Shown piece after piece: positions 28,619-40,057 of a DNA stretch of 64,000 bases; position 1 is the stretch's first letter, and each line of letters opens with the position of its first letter. The stretch spans positions 40,445 to 104,444 of the IMG/VR virus record IMGVR_UViG_3300012948_000003; one strand, written 5' to 3'. A program made the position numbers and the translations under genes. Below the pieces are notes generated by a model. It did not search any database, had not been told where the DNA came from, and saw only the letters and a list, made by a program, of their open reading frames with translations. The DNA is from a virus.

Positions 28619-31567
28619 TTAGATCGCTGGCTGAGGAGGTATATCCGCAACGCCGTACTGGGAGCCGGGTAAGCCGGGGATTTGCCTTGCACCTGAAACA
28701 AGACTTCCCTGCTCACCTGCCTGACTTAGGCCGGGTGTCATCATACCTTTCGCTAATGCCTCACGTACTCGATGTGTATGCGTGAGACCCAGCTCTTGCA
28801 GTTTATGCTGGTGCGTTTGATCTGCCTTCGCGGCTTCGATTGCTGCCTGTACTACTTTATCGCGCACAGCATTGTCTGGTTCCGGTGGCGGAGGAGCTGC
28901 TACTGGAGCGGGAGGTTCCATTGGCTTCGATGCCTGAAGCGCCTGATCAACCTGTCCCTTCGCGCCGATCTCAGCCAATCGTCCTTGACCACGTGCTTGT
29001 TCGACTGCGATCTGAGATTGGGCTCGCGCTTGCTCCTGCGCTTGCATCATCTGCATTTGCATCTGCATTTGCTGCTGTTGTTGTTTCTGCTGCATGTCGG
29101 AATACATCTTGAATTGAGTTTTAACCGCAGAACGCAGGATCGGATTCGCGTTTTTACCTTCGTCGCCTTTTAACCAGACCCGGAAGTAATCCATATAGGG
29201 TTCTGGCGTATCTAGGTCTTCATCTGGAGGAACCATTCGCGCAAGAAGTTGGCCCATCAGCTCAGCAGGATCAGGCGGACCCTGCTCCTCTGGCGGGGAA
29301 CCCTGCTCCGGTTGGGGTGGGCCTTGAGGACCCTGTGGCTGAGGACCTGCCGGGGTGGCTTGCTGTACAGCACTTTGTTGGAGTTCCGGTGGTGCTTGTT
29401 GAGGAGCTGCCAGAGCGGTCGGGGCGGCTTGTATTGGCTGATTAGCCATTTGTGTTAAATACCACTGAGCTAATTTCATCGCTTGTGGTATCAATGCTTC
29501 GAGTTGGTCAATTCGGAGCATCGCATCTCGTGTTTCTTGATTGTAGTCGTCGAGATCGATGCCTTCGATACCGTAGACTTCGAGTATTTTGTCTTTTAAC
29601 GAAGTTGGGGCTTGAGGATTCAGTAATATTTGTCCAAAAACAGTAAATGCGTTCTGTAATGCAGCTTGCTGTTCTTCTCGGGGATGCGGAAGCCAGCTTT
29701 TCGGTTTCGGATAGATCGCAAAATCGCCTTCGAGGTCACTTCCGTTCAACATGAACCATTCTGGCTCGCCTGTTTTCCCTTTTAGAGGTATTGGAACGTC
29801 ATCAACGACATTTTCTCGGAATAATTCGATCCATTGAGTTACTGCCATCGCTTGTCCGAACGCCAAAGGCATCAATTTCGGTCCCTGAAGTCCCTGAGCC
29901 TTTGAGTTCATGATCATCATGCCACGCGCAGTGTCTGTTCCACCCATTTCTTGAGCAGATGGATCGCCAGTAGTCGTCGGAGAGACCACTTGCGCCATTA
30001 TTTGCATCTCGCCGCTCATTCGATTGGCGTAGCCTGTTAGATTTGGATCGGCTGGAGGGAATGCAGGCTGGAAAAACAGCTCTTCGGGCTTCGGAGAACC
30101 CTGCGGAAGGCGTGTAATCGTTGCTGGAGACCCGTCAAAGTCGGTTTCTGAGAGTGGCGACTTGATTATTGTCGGTGCGCCACCGCTGCGAGCCTTCAAA
30201 TAGAGATAAAGCAGCGAATTTATCTCGATCATTTCTCTTTGCGGCTCGACCATTGCAGTAACTGTCGTGCCACCATCGGCTTTATGAGGCTGATAGACAT
30301 AAGGAATGTACACCCACTTCTTTCTGAAGTCTTCTTCGCCGTGATCGAGCCAATCATTGCCGATTTTTAAGAGGTATAGACCCTTCGGAAAGACCTCACC
30401 GAGCCTTGTATGCGGTGGAATGACTGTTTCGTCTTCGCCAATGAATCGAACTTCGCTCTCGAACTCGACGTGTTCATATTTGCAAGGCTGGAGCCACCAT
30501 TGCTTCACCACTACATCTGATGCTTCTCGGTCAACTGCACCGACCGGAGCTGCTGAAGTGCTGCTTCCACCTACCGGGCGTCGTGCCAGCTCTTCTGCTC
30601 GCAGTCCGTAATCATCACTACCAATCCCCTGTCCGCCTTTTCGCTCCGAATCCCACCACGGAATCATTTGAGCAATGAGATCGCGATCCACCAGACGCGT
30701 TCTGCAAAGGTAATTGCCTTTCATGTAGTGCCCGGCGCGTCTATCGCCTTTCATCTGGAGCGGAGTAACGCATTCAAGGACCGGGAATCCAACAGGTACC
30801 TTCTTATAGCCAGTGATCTTGTGAACTGTTACCTGCGGAGCTTCGATTATCTGTAGCTGATCACTTCTGCCACATTTCGGACACTTCGGACCGACCATGC
30901 TCGGGATTAATCGTTCGGCTGGACCCATGTTGTCGCAGTTCGGACTCCCGCAGATGAATGCATCGCCACCGTGCTGCTCAGTTGACTCCTCAAAGATTGG
31001 TCGTGACGCGAAGAGTTTGCCTGCATCGAGACTCCAGTACGAATACCACCAGACTCCGCAGTAGAGCTGGCGGAGTTTCTCTGATTCAAGCCGGAATTCC
31101 TCTGTCAACAACTCCGCTTCGCCATAGTCGCCTGTCTTCTGAGCCGCACGAGCCGCAGCAACGTTATGATCATCTTCACTGCTTGGATCGATCACTATGT
31201 CCGGACTAGCTTCCAGTGCAGCACTAACCGAGAGATCGACGAAGTAGGCAAACCAGTTGTGCGGATAGAACGGGTCTTCATCCGTATGCGGTAGGTCCCT
31301 GACGAGACCCGTTTGATCCGAGAAGTGCCAGAAGAATGCACCTTCATAGTAACGCTGATTACGTACTCCTTCACGGTATTTCATCCAATCGTGGTTACGT
31401 TCTTCGTTCTCCAGCTTCCCTGTCATCTCAGTGAAATACTGGCTCCAGTCACCCTTGATAACACGGCTACGGCGCTTCGTTTGCTCGTAGGCTTCAGGCG
31501 TAGCGCCACTGCCGGGTATCATACCGGGTTGATGTAAGTCAGAGAGCGGATGAACAGATGAACCCAT
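28619..31567 (-). CDS. Portal protein (with Zn-ribbon insertion and long Gln/Pro C-terminus)
   Basis: 982 aa; P22-like portal layout (NWFAYFVD...PDIVIDP..DD...ARAA; PQREMIEINS; DTARGM). Confidence 0.8.
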   Translation of the reverse strand: MGSSVHPLSDLHQPGMIPGSGATPEAYEQTKRRSRVIKGDWSQYFTEMTGKLENEERNHDWMKYREGVRNQRYYEGAFFWHFSDQTGLVRDLPHTDEDPFYPHNWFAYFVDLSVSAALEASPDIVIDPSSEDDHNVAAARAAQKTGDYGEAELLTEEFRLESEKLRQLYCGVWWYSYWSLDAGKLFASRPIFEESTEQHGGDAFICGSPNCDNMGPAERLIPSMVGPKCPKCGRSDQLQIIEAPQVTVHKITGYKKVPVGFPVLECVTPLQMKGDRRAGHYMKGNYLCRTRLVDRDLIAQMIPWWDSERKGGQGIGSDDYGLRAEELARRPVGGSSTSAAPVGAVDREASDVVVKQWWLQPCKYEHVEFESEVRFIGEDETVIPPHTRLGEVFPKGLYLLKIGNDWLDHGEEDFRKKWVYIPYVYQPHKADGGTTVTAMVEPQREMIEINSLLYLYLKARSGGAPTIIKSPLSETDFDGSPATITRLPQGSPKPEELFFQPAFPPADPNLTGYANRMSGEMQIMAQVVSPTTTGDPSAQEMGGTDTARGMMIMNSKAQGLQGPKLMPLAFGQAMAVTQWIELFRENVVDDVPIPLKGKTGEPEWFMLNGSDLEGDFAIYPKPKSWLPHPREEQQAALQNAFTVFGQILLNPQAPTSLKDKILEVYGIEGIDLDDYNQETRDAMLRIDQLEALIPQAMKLAQWYLTQMANQPIQAAPTALAAPQQAPPELQQSAVQQATPAGPQPQGPQGPPQPEQGSPPEEQGPPDPAELMGQLLARMVPPDEDLDTPEPYMDYFRVWLKGDEGKNANPILRSAVKTQFKMYSDMQQKQQQQQMQMQMQMMQAQEQARAQSQIAVEQARGQGRLAEIGAKGQVDQALQASKPMEPPAPVAAPPPPEPDNAVRDKVVQAAIEAAKADQTHQHKLQELGLTHTHRVREALAKGMMTPGLSQAGEQGSLVSGARQIPGLPGSQYGVADIPPQPAI

Positions 31568-31569
31568 GA

Positions 31570-32007
31570 TTATCCTATTACGACTCCGTCGAACGGCGAG
31601 TCAGGAGGCATCTCTGCTAATCGAACTTCGAGCCGTTTCAAGATTTCTTTATCACGAGCACGATTGCTCTTTGTCAGGTCCTCAACCTTTGCTTCCATTT
31701 CTTGCGGATCGTAGAACATCAGTTCGACTAGCTTGTCGGCTTCGATCTCGACTGCCAGCGATTCCGCTCTACCGATCACTCGCGTTGGCTGCTCTAGTGG
31801 CGGAGGCGGAGCCTCTGCTACTGTCGGTTTGTTACCTCGTGATAACAGAAAACTATCCTGAAGAGCGATATTCTGCTGGCGATACCATTCGATATCGCTC
31901 TTCAGGCGCTCGATCACTGCATCACGGTCGGCAATACGCGCTTCGAGGTCACGCGTATTGCCGAACAACAAGCCCAGTATTCGAGGCAGTGATTGGTTGG
32001 CAAACAT
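31570..32007 (-). CDS. Coiled-coil hypothetical protein
   Basis: 145 aa, coupled to neighbouring genes. Confidence 0.6.
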   Translation of the reverse strand: MFANQSLPRILGLLFGNTRDLEARIADRDAVIERLKSDIEWYRQQNIALQDSFLLSRGNKPTVAEAPPPPLEQPTRVIGRAESLAVEIEADKLVELMFYDPQEMEAKVEDLTKSNRARDKEILKRLEVRLAEMPPDSPFDGVVIG

Positions 32008-32330
32008 TAAGCCACCATGCTGTACTGATCAGTTGCGACCAGCGATGCGTCATTACCTGTAAAGAGTGTCCGCAGACCCGCCACGGTGTCTGCGGCAGCG
32101 ACGTTCGCATTGGTCAACGTCCCGATTGCCTGTGCGTAATCGATCTGCTTTTGATATTGCTCGTAGAATCGCAGATCGGTCTCGTAGGGAGGCGCGGTTA
32201 CCGCACGGAGCCCGGCCACTGTCGTCAGTGGGTTGATGATCGCATTCGTCAACACGCCCATGTCTACCATCTTGTTGACGTAGGTGAGCGCATGACGATT
32301 AAAACCATAAGTGGTTTCTGGAATTGCCAT
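32007..32330 (-). CDS. Hypothetical protein with internal duplication (G.LTNA...TVAGLR x2)
   Basis: RBS AAGGAG; GVLTNA..LTTVAGLR and GTLTNA..ADTVAGLR. Confidence 0.65.
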   Translation of the reverse strand: MAIPETTYGFNRHALTYVNKMVDMGVLTNAIINPLTTVAGLRAVTAPPYETDLRFYEQYQKQIDYAQAIGTLTNANVAAADTVAGLRTLFTGNDASLVATDQYSMVA

Positions 32331-32391
32331 GACTATTCTCCTTTAAGATCGGGGAACCGGGGACGAATGTCCGGGGATTTGCTGGAGGGGG

Positions 32392-32832
32392 TTAGAAGCC
32401 GCCGAGGCGACCGCCTTGTTTCATTCGCTCACGGGCGCGTTTACCTTGCGATGCGACCTCTCCTTCATTGAAAGGCTGATGGCGCAATTGAGCTGGACGA
32501 TTCTCTTTGTAATTACGAATAGCTTCCATATCGGAGGCAGAGCGACCCGTTACCGGGGAGGTTGGCGGAGCCGTTTCTTCTGGCGGAGCTTCTTCGCCCG
32601 GCTGAGGTCCACCTGCCAGCTCCGCTGTTTCATCGTGCGGACCTTCCGCTGCCTCTGCCGGGGCTAGCGCTTGAGTAATTTCATCCGCTTCCTCTTGTGG
32701 TACTTGACCAGCGCCTTGACAGGCTGGACACGTTACCATTTGAGGCTCATTGCCGCCGCCCGGCGCAACCATCTTACCATCTTCGTTGCCGAGCGCTGGA
32801 CCGAGTGAATCCGAACTCGCCATTGGTGGCAT
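32392..32832 (-). CDS. Acidic protein with CxxCxGxG motif
   Basis: CPACQGAG; RBS GGAGG overlapping a palindrome. Confidence 0.6.
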   Translation of the reverse strand: MPPMASSDSLGPALGNEDGKMVAPGGGNEPQMVTCPACQGAGQVPQEEADEITQALAPAEAAEGPHDETAELAGGPQPGEEAPPEETAPPTSPVTGRSASDMEAIRNYKENRPAQLRHQPFNEGEVASQGKRARERMKQGGRLGGF

Positions 32833-32865
32833 CGCTGCCTCCTTTCTTTTAAAAGAATTTTGTAT

Positions 32866-33285
32866 TTAGTAGTTTGTCATTCGTGGAATGCGCCAGCCGG
32901 GAGCGTTTGTACCACCGGGACCGAGACCACCTACGTTTGTTCGGCGATACGGCATACCACCGATGTTCTGCGTTCCTTCCATCGGCTCAAGCTCCTCACG
33001 CTGCGCCTGCCATGCTCTGCCCTGATACGGAGGCACTGGTCTTATCGGCTGCATTCGTTGACTCGCCTGCGTACGGGCTTGCGCTGCTTCAAGTTCCTGT
33101 CTTGCGGCAGGTGACATGATCGGCGCTCGCGCAGGCGGAGGTTCCGGTGTTGGCGCAGGCGCGGGACGTGCAGGCCGTTCATTCATCTTCTGCATGTACT
33201 TGTAGGACTGTCCCCACTGAGTCGGAGGATTCTCGGGCTCCTGCTGCGCCTGCGCTAGACGTTGCATTGCATATCTTCCGGCCAT
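32866..33285 (-). CDS. Small Pro/Gln/Arg-rich protein
   Basis: MAGRYAMQR...; RBS AAGGAG. Confidence 0.55.
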   Translation of the reverse strand: MAGRYAMQRLAQAQQEPENPPTQWGQSYKYMQKMNERPARPAPAPTPEPPPARAPIMSPAARQELEAAQARTQASQRMQPIRPVPPYQGRAWQAQREELEPMEGTQNIGGMPYRRTNVGGLGPGGTNAPGWRIPRMTNY

Positions 33286-33296
33286 TGGTTTGCTCC

Positions 33297-33527
33297 TTAC
33301 TTGCAGCCTCTGCCGCCGATGTTCGGTTCACAATTACTGCCCCAACTCGTTCCACCCATCTTAGGCTTCGAAGTTGGGAAGTCCTTCGGTACTGGCATTG
33401 CTCCGCCAGTATCGCCGTCTCCGAGATTGCCACCCTCCATATCCGGCATAGTCGCACGTCTGTCTTCTACACGCGGAGGCTCAGGCATTACTCTATTGCT
33501 GTAATCTCCACAACCACCCATTTTCAT
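33297..33527 (-). CDS. Small disordered protein
   Basis: RBS AAGGAG; 76 aa. Confidence 0.5.
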   Translation of the reverse strand: MKMGGCGDYSNRVMPEPPRVEDRRATMPDMEGGNLGDGDTGGAMPVPKDFPTSKPKMGGTSWGSNCEPNIGGRGCK

Positions 33528-33689
33528 GATGATCTCCTTATGCTTTTACTTTTCCACACCGAACACAGAATTCAAGAGACACCGGAGCCTCATTGATATT
33601 CTTGCCAGACACCTTCTTCCAGTCGTGTCCGCCTTGCAGCTCGCACGGGATGTGCGGATTATGAGGTTCGTATTTGATCGGCTCGGCTG

Positions 33690-33884
33690 TCATTTCGTTA
33701 TGTTGTAACGACGTCTCACTTCAGGGATTTCCCGATAGTAATTTGCGTTACCGCTCGTCATTTTATCCGGAGGCGCGTTCCATACATCAGGACTCGCGTT
33801 CTTCGGAATCCCGAGTCTCCCTTGATCCCGACTCGGAACCTTCTGCATTTGTGCTTTCCTCTTTCGCTGCTCGACGTATTTCAT
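33690..33884 (-). CDS. Small basic protein
   Basis: MKYVEQRKRK; RBS GGAG. Confidence 0.5.
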   Translation of the reverse strand: MKYVEQRKRKAQMQKVPSRDQGRLGIPKNASPDVWNAPPDKMTSGNANYYREIPEVRRRYNITK

Positions 33885-33992
33885 TTCTTCTCCCTAATAC
33901 GCCGATGATAACGAGTGTAATCATCACCACCAGCAAAATTAAGATCGCAAGTCCGATCACAACTAAATCCGAGAGGTCAAAGGGCTCGACCA

Positions 33993-34193
33993 TCATCCTT
34001 TATGGAAACCTCGCAGTGTCAGTGCCAGTCGCGCTCGCTGACCAGTCTTGCCGCTATCATGCTTATGCGCTGCGGCGAATTCCATCGGAGACTGACCTGC
34101 TTTCTTCGCCGATGCAGTCAGCGCTCCCGGATGTTTGATAGCGCCAGCGATCCACTTCTTTTTGCTCTTGCGTTGTTCAGCGTACTTTGCCAT
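33993..34193 (-). CDS. Small basic phage protein (KWI..AIK.PGAL family)
   Basis: MAKYAEQRKSKKKWIAGAIKHPGAL...RARLALTL; RBS AAGGAG. Confidence 0.65.
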   Translation of the reverse strand: MAKYAEQRKSKKKWIAGAIKHPGALTASAKKAGQSPMEFAAAHKHDSGKTGQRARLALTLRGFHKG

Positions 34194-34194
34194 T

Positions 34195-34389
34195 TCAGTC
34201 TCCTTTCTCGTTTGCGAAGCAACGTTCGCAGAGCTTTTCGAAGCCTGCTTCGTTTGCCTCCTCAACACTATTGAATGTATAACGGTTGCCCGGACGGATT
34301 AGAACTGCGCGGCAATCTTCGCCGGGCTTATCCTTCTTATGAATCTTTTTAGTGCGCTTGTTAACGTAGACTCGGCCATTCCATTTCAT
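34195..34389 (-). CDS. Ada metal-binding-domain-like protein
   Basis: YVNKRTKKIH...C...NR..F.S.EEA..AGF..C..C. Confidence 0.6.
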   Translation of the reverse strand: MKWNGRVYVNKRTKKIHKKDKPGEDCRAVLIRPGNRYTFNSVEEANEAGFEKLCERCFANEKGD

Positions 34390-34401
34390 CTCTTACTTCT
34401 T

Positions 34402-34776
34402 TCAGTGTGGTATCTGCCAAAGTAAGTCTGCCATTACTTCGCTGGCGGGTCCTTGTATCTCGCTGCGAATCTTAAGATTGCATCTGCCGCACGTAGCTTC
34501 CGTGATCCCGTCGCCGATCTCCGGTTTACCCCAAAGATGCGTCGTCGGAGTACAAGGTCCTTCCACTGGTGTTATCGTGACGGCAGCTGCTGGTTCAGCG
34601 ACGATTATGTTCGGTACTTGATCCAGCTTAGCGAGAGTCTCGGGGTCTAGCTTTTTATACTCGATTGCCTTAGCCGGGATCGGGACTCGCCCGGACATCA
34701 ACGTGCCGACAATGCGAGCCATCTCCATTGCTTCTTCGATAGCTTCTTCAGAGTAGTCTCCGCCACCTATTTTCAT
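34402..34776 (-). CDS. Hypothetical protein
   Basis: ATGA-coupled; HxW...CxxC. Confidence 0.5.
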   Translation of the reverse strand: MKIGGGDYSEEAIEEAMEMARIVGTLMSGRVPIPAKAIEYKKLDPETLAKLDQVPNIIVAEPAAAVTITPVEGPCTPTTHLWGKPEIGDGITEATCGRCNLKIRSEIQGPASEVMADLLWQIPH

Positions 34777-34958
34777 TTCTTGCCCTTCTTCTGGCGTTGC
34801 GCTGCGTATCGCGGCAACGGCTTCTCTTTCACGGCAGCAAAGTCGTGGAGCTGTCCGTGGCTCATCTTGAGTACGCCTCTGTTCTTCGAGTACACCTGCT
34901 CGGGGTGATGCTCAGCGATAGCCATTAGTCTGCGTTGCGCTTTTGATGTTGCTGGCAT
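34773..34958 (-). CDS. Small basic protein (DUF3008-like)
   Basis: MPATSKAQRRLMAIA...LHDFA...LP pattern. Confidence 0.6.
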   Translation of the reverse strand: MPATSKAQRRLMAIAEHHPEQVYSKNRGVLKMSHGQLHDFAAVKEKPLPRYAAQRQKKGKK

Positions 34959-35347
34959 AGTGGCTCCTCAAGGATCATAGAATGGATCGTCGTCATCCTC
35001 GTGGCATTGTTCGCACAGACATCCTTCGACGTGCGCCGTATTTACTAAGCGAGCCGTTGCTTCGAGCCCGACCAATGCGGTCCTGAGCGCATCCGCAAAG
35101 AGTTCTTCAGGACCATAAACTATTTCACCGATCAGCACTGCCGTCGTCTTGATCTCTGCTACCGGGAACGAAACGGTTTGACCATCTCGTGCGGACCCAG
35201 TGATCCAGAAATCAAGACGGTGAATCGGATCATAGGAATTCGACCAATTCAACCTTACGTGAGAAACACACCGCTCGCGTTCCTCGAAAACCTTCCGGAG
35301 AATATTTCCGACGTTATCAACACCTAAACTGTAATCATTAAAACCGC

Positions 35348-35536
35348 TCACAATCCTCCTGCCATTTGAATCAACACCGCTAATGCCCAACAGAACAATC
35401 CCGCAGCAACGAACTTATTCCACGGTGGAGTGGGAGGATTCCAGAACGTAGCAATACCGAACAAGATCACTGCTGCAATCATCAGTATCAACGGGATAAT
35501 CGCAGTCAAGCCACCTGTCGCGAGTAGTAAAGCCAT
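35348..35536 (-). CDS. Two-TM membrane protein
   Basis: Two hydrophobic helices; RBS AGGAGG. Confidence 0.6.
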   Translation of the reverse strand: MALLLATGGLTAIIPLILMIAAVILFGIATFWNPPTPPWNKFVAAGLFCWALAVLIQMAGGL

Positions 35537-36087
35537 GCTACCTCCTTGCGCTCATCAATCGAGCTGTCGCTTCGAGTATTTGCAGTGCGTCCGCCATAAC
35601 GGATTCAACATCTTTCTGCGTTGAATCTTCATCGATCACCAGTGGCGCATTGATCAGCATCTCCTTAATGTCTACGTGTTCCACATCGATAATAGCTACT
35701 AACCAGAGTCCTTTAATCAGGAGACGATGACCTCGTAACCGACGTACTACTGAATGCTCATCGACCACAGAAAGATTGTGTAGCCGCCCACTTCCCTTGT
35801 AGTTCAGCGTTTCTAAATATCGCTCCAGTATTCGTTTTAGTAAGGCGTTGCTAATCGTCCCATCACTCTCTGCCCGAAAGGCATTGGCGCATTCGCTCCA
35901 TACTGCGGAGGCGTTAACGTATTAAACGGCGTCACAGGCACATACTCAGAACCCGTGCCCGGCATATAGGGCTGGGCATTCTTCTGCATCTGCTCTTCGT
36001 ATGGAGTTGCTGTTGGCCCGAGCTTGAGAGGTGGCAAGCCGAGATTGCCACCTCCCCCAGCAAGAGCTGCTCGAATATCAGCTCTCA

Positions 36088-36330
36088 CTATGCTCCTTCT
36101 GCTGGCGCGTCTGCTGGCGCTGCTGGTGCCTCTGGAGGAGTCGGAATTACTACTTCATGCAGCCGCACGTGCCGCTGCGCTCCTTCTCCTGCGATTGTCT
36201 TAAGTCCTTCAACGGTCGCTCCGGTCCCAGTCCGAGTCTCGACAGTTACTTCTTGATCGCCGCGTGTAACTGTGCGTGGTTCGGGTGTAACAGGGATTAC
36301 TTCGTTCTTATCGACTATCTCGTCTGCCAT
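36088..36330 (-). CDS. Hypothetical acidic protein
   Basis: RBS AAGGAG next to a palindrome; TGTGA...GLKTIAG segment resembles the N-terminus of 36360..38210. Confidence 0.55.
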   Translation of the reverse strand: MADEIVDKNEVIPVTPEPRTVTRGDQEVTVETRTGTGATVEGLKTIAGEGAQRHVRLHEVVIPTPPEAPAAPADAPAEGA

Positions 36331-36359
36331 TGTTTTACTCCTTTTCTTTTAAAAGAAAA

Positions 36360-38210
36360 TTACGCAATTGCGAACTCCATAAAGGAACCCGCCAACACGA
36401 CTGCTCCCGTATCGTTCACTGCTGTATTCTGGCTGAACTGGAATGCAAGCTGTCCACTCGCACCTGCGGTATATACTATGTCGAAACGAATGTAGCCACC
36501 TGCCGTTCCTGTGCCAGTCAGCGCCACGTTCGTTGGCATCGTAACGTCTATTGCCAGCTCGGCAGGTGTACCCGTTGCGGCAATGTGAGTTCGTTCACTT
36601 CTCCATCGTGTTTGCGCTGGAGCAGAGAATCCATACTTGAAATCTCCGTTCGCTGTCGTATCGAAGAAGACCGTGCCGCGTATGCGATACTTCGCACCAT
36701 TGACAACGTTAAACACAAGCGTGTTGCTGTTTTGTAAAACGTTGCTGTTGATGACCGCTTGATCGGATGCTTGACTGAGCGTTGTCCAATTCGAAGGTCC
36801 CGTTGGTCCCGTGATGCCTGTCGGTCCAGTCGGACCCGTTGCTCCTGCTGCGCCAGCGGGACCCGTTGCTCCACCCGGTCCTGTTGCGCCTTGAGGACCA
36901 GCTGATCCAGCCGGGCCAGTAGGACCTTGTGAACCCGCTGTGCCCTGTGGGCCAGTCGGACCCTCTGGCCCGGCTGCACCTGTTGGTCCGGTATCGCCTG
37001 TACCAGTCGGACCCGTTGGACCAATAGCTCCTTGCGGACCAGCAACACCTGTCGGACCAATCGGGCCAACGTCGCCCTGCTGACCCGGCTGGCCTTGTGG
37101 TCCTTGTTGACCCTGTGCGCCTTGAGGACCTTGCGGACCGACAGCACCTTGTGGACCGGGATCGCCCTGCTGGCCGGGTTGACCCTGTGGTCCCTGTTGG
37201 CCCGGTTGACCCTGTGGACCCTCCGCTCCTTGTGGACCTTGCTGACCCTGTGGACCAGTATCGCCTTGAGGACCTGCCGAACCCGTAGGTCCTGTGTCGC
37301 CTATTGGGCCTGCCGGGCCTGCTGCACCTGTTGCGCCGTCCGCGCCGTCCTTACCCGGAGCGCCTTCAACTCCCTTTGGACCTGTTGGTCCAGTATCACC
37401 TGCAATACCTTGTGGACCAGTATCGCCAGCAATCCCCTGCGGACCAGTTGATCCTGCGGGACCCGTGTCACCCATCGGACCTGTCGGACCAGTATCGCCA
37501 CCTCCCGGACCCATTGGACCCGTTGGTCCTGTTGGGCCAGTATCGCCTCCACCGGGACCCATCGGTCCAGTTGGACCTTCCGGTCCCGCTGGTCCAGTAT
37601 CACCAGTCGGTCCTGCCGATCCCGCTACGCCTTGAGGTCCTGTTGCTCCATCTGCTCCAGCAGGACCCGCAGCGCCAGTCTCGCCGATTGCACCTGCGGG
37701 ACCAGCTGCTCCCTGCGGACCTGCTGGACCAGTATCGCCAGCAGGTCCAGCCGCGCCAGTGTCTCCAGTAGCGCCAGCTGATCCCGCTGGGCCAGCATCA
37801 CCCTGTGGACCCGCTGGTCCTTGTAATCCTTGCGCACCAGCAGGACCTGTATCGCCTGCTGGACCAGTGGGACCCGTTACTCCGTCGCCTCCGCCTCCCG
37901 AAGGTCCCGTTGGTCCCGCTGGTCCAGTCGGACCCGTTGGTCCCATGCCGCCGCCACCCTCAGCCGTGATTATTGCCTGCCCCGGATCAGGACCGAGGTT
38001 CACATTGAACCCTTCATCAAAGCTAATGATGCTGACAGCACCGATCTCAACTCCGTAATGTTTAATACCGAGAGGCTGAGCAACGCCTGCGGGAGGAGCC
38101 GCCTGACCCGCAACGGTCTTCATCCCGATTATCGGTGCTCCTGTGCCAGTTTTTATTTCTTCTGCATTGGCAAGTTCAATGAGTCGCTGATCGATATCGA
38201 ATTCAGGCAT
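36360..38210 (-). CDS. Collagen-like (Gly-X-Y) fibre protein
   Basis: About 380 aa of GPT/GPA/GPQ triplets and a globular C-terminal domain. Confidence 0.85.
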   Translation of the reverse strand: MPEFDIDQRLIELANAEEIKTGTGAPIIGMKTVAGQAAPPAGVAQPLGIKHYGVEIGAVSIISFDEGFNVNLGPDPGQAIITAEGGGGMGPTGPTGPAGPTGPSGGGGDGVTGPTGPAGDTGPAGAQGLQGPAGPQGDAGPAGSAGATGDTGAAGPAGDTGPAGPQGAAGPAGAIGETGAAGPAGADGATGPQGVAGSAGPTGDTGPAGPEGPTGPMGPGGGDTGPTGPTGPMGPGGGDTGPTGPMGDTGPAGSTGPQGIAGDTGPQGIAGDTGPTGPKGVEGAPGKDGADGATGAAGPAGPIGDTGPTGSAGPQGDTGPQGQQGPQGAEGPQGQPGQQGPQGQPGQQGDPGPQGAVGPQGPQGAQGQQGPQGQPGQQGDVGPIGPTGVAGPQGAIGPTGPTGTGDTGPTGAAGPEGPTGPQGTAGSQGPTGPAGSAGPQGATGPGGATGPAGAAGATGPTGPTGITGPTGPSNWTTLSQASDQAVINSNVLQNSNTLVFNVVNGAKYRIRGTVFFDTTANGDFKYGFSAPAQTRWRSERTHIAATGTPAELAIDVTMPTNVALTGTGTAGGYIRFDIVYTAGASGQLAFQFSQNTAVNDTGAVVLAGSFMEFAIA

Positions 38211-38212
38211 GT

Positions 38213-39835
38213 CTACCCCCGTAGCTTCTGCATAAAGTGTTGTTGGTTGCTGCGCTGCAATCGCTTCATGTTAGTTGCGAGCCAGTACTGTTGACTGTTC
38301 GCCGCCATAGGGTGTGGATTCTTGTCGATATTATCGAACTGCAATGATTCGTCGAGCATTCTCATTGCTTGTATTTTTAGTGGCAGAGCCTCCTTGCTCA
38401 TGTAACGCCGGGCTCTGTACCAACCTTCCGCCAAACTCATAACGCAATCATCGTGCTCGCCTTCGGGAGCAGCGTACCGGAACCGCCCTGACGGGAGTCG
38501 TTCCATTCCGAAGACCTCAAGCTCCTGTAGGAGCTGCGGCTCGCGTGGAATGGTTATGTCTGTGCGTTCGAAGGCGAGCACTAACGCCTGAATCGCCTCT
38601 TCCTTCGATGCATTCGTTGCAGTGAATTCACTGATGGGTAGATTAGCTCTGTGGGTCACGCCAACGGAGCTGAGCAACCTCGCTACTGCTGCGGCTGCTT
38701 CCTCTGCTTCTTCTTTGGTATATAGGCCAATACGAACTCCGTCTTCGATAGTCGGCATCTTGATGCTTTTCGGAGCCGGGCCAATCTTGTTATAGGACGT
38801 CTGCAATAACATCTCGATGAGAGCTTCATTCGCATTCGTCTCCACTACTACTTCTGTCGGTTGAAAGGCTTCAGCGAGCGCAACTAGCCGGGGAACTTGC
38901 AACAAATAGTTTACTTGATTAAAGCGATCTATCTTGACGATTGTTTTTGTAGTGCAGTCGATCACTGTCATTACGCTGAAGTCCTCTTTCTTTGCGAGGT
39001 CCCAGCTAATAACGTAGACATGATATGGATCGAGTTTATCGCGCCAGACTGCTTCCTTCTCGCGAGTACAGGCAGCGATGTTACGGAACACCGCGCCACC
39101 GTCTTCGAGAAACTCGGCAAGATATTCTTGTCTGAAAACTGAATCGGGATACCGGGCTTGCGCTCCGAGTATCTCGTCGTACGGGATATACGGGTTAGCG
39201 CTGGTCGGCATCTGCCAGCTCATCCATTCCTTCTGCGCTGCGTCCTGCCCCTTCAACCAGAGCCGATAGAAAGCGCCTTTACCGGAAGGCGTTGACGCGA
39301 ACCATGCATCCCCACGGAGATCAATGAGGGTTGGCGCAATAGCATAATCAAAGACCTGTTCGAGATTCTGTATGAGGGCTGCTTCGTCGATTGCAACGCG
39401 TTTGTACTTTCGGGAGCGTCCTGCTTTGTAACGCTTCCTACCTGTGCCGCCGCCTTCGTTGTCAAGCGACCACGCTTCGATTATTCCTCCAGTGTATAGC
39501 TCGATGCGGTGCTCTGAGTCATTGCTCGTTTTAATCAGCGGCTCGACTATTTCTTTGATGTCGCGCCAACCCTCAAGGAGGAATTTGTATGTTGGAGCGA
39601 AGTAGCCTGCCGGGTATCCTGCTTCAGCTACTTCCGCTAGTGCATCACCGAGAAAGATGCTCTTGCCGAATCGCCGACCGCAGTCAAGCACATTGAAGCG
39701 CTTTGCTTCGGCTTTGATCTGTTTTTGTGCTGGATGTAAGTTAAGTCGTCTGGAGTAGACAGGCGTCTTGCCTATCGCCGCGAAGGCTGCTAAGTGAGAC
39801 TGTAAAATAGAATACGCACCTTGTAGACTAGCCAC
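38213..39835 (-). CDS. terL: Terminase large subunit
   Basis: Walker A GRRFGKS, Walker B VAIDEAA, STP coupling motif, RQEYLAEF, nuclease WDLAKKED and HDDCVMSLA. Confidence 0.95.
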   Translation of the reverse strand: MASLQGAYSILQSHLAAFAAIGKTPVYSRRLNLHPAQKQIKAEAKRFNVLDCGRRFGKSIFLGDALAEVAEAGYPAGYFAPTYKFLLEGWRDIKEIVEPLIKTSNDSEHRIELYTGGIIEAWSLDNEGGGTGRKRYKAGRSRKYKRVAIDEAALIQNLEQVFDYAIAPTLIDLRGDAWFASTPSGKGAFYRLWLKGQDAAQKEWMSWQMPTSANPYIPYDEILGAQARYPDSVFRQEYLAEFLEDGGAVFRNIAACTREKEAVWRDKLDPYHVYVISWDLAKKEDFSVMTVIDCTTKTIVKIDRFNQVNYLLQVPRLVALAEAFQPTEVVVETNANEALIEMLLQTSYNKIGPAPKSIKMPTIEDGVRIGLYTKEEAEEAAAAVARLLSSVGVTHRANLPISEFTATNASKEEAIQALVLAFERTDITIPREPQLLQELEVFGMERLPSGRFRYAAPEGEHDDCVMSLAEGWYRARRYMSKEALPLKIQAMRMLDESLQFDNIDKNPHPMAANSQQYWLATNMKRLQRSNQQHFMQKLRG

Positions 39836-40057
39836 GTCCTTTTAATACTTCTTCGCACCACTGCGCTAGTTCGTTATTGATTGCTTCCATAAAGTCTTCG
39901 TCGCTCGCTGTGATCTCTTCGCCTTCGGATACACCAGCGAGCATCATCTGCATTAACGAAGCTGCCCCAGCATAGAACGCTCGACGTGTCTCGGTATACT
40001 GGATCGTGCTCACTGACGGAGGCAATACCTTTTGCGCGTAGGATTGCCAACATTCTT

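Noticed and set aside
26063-38294. Plus-strand Pro-rich ORFs (e.g. 26537..27220, 37294..37635, 31566..32471)
   Set aside because: Antisense shadows of the Gly-rich, collagen and other minus-strand genes.
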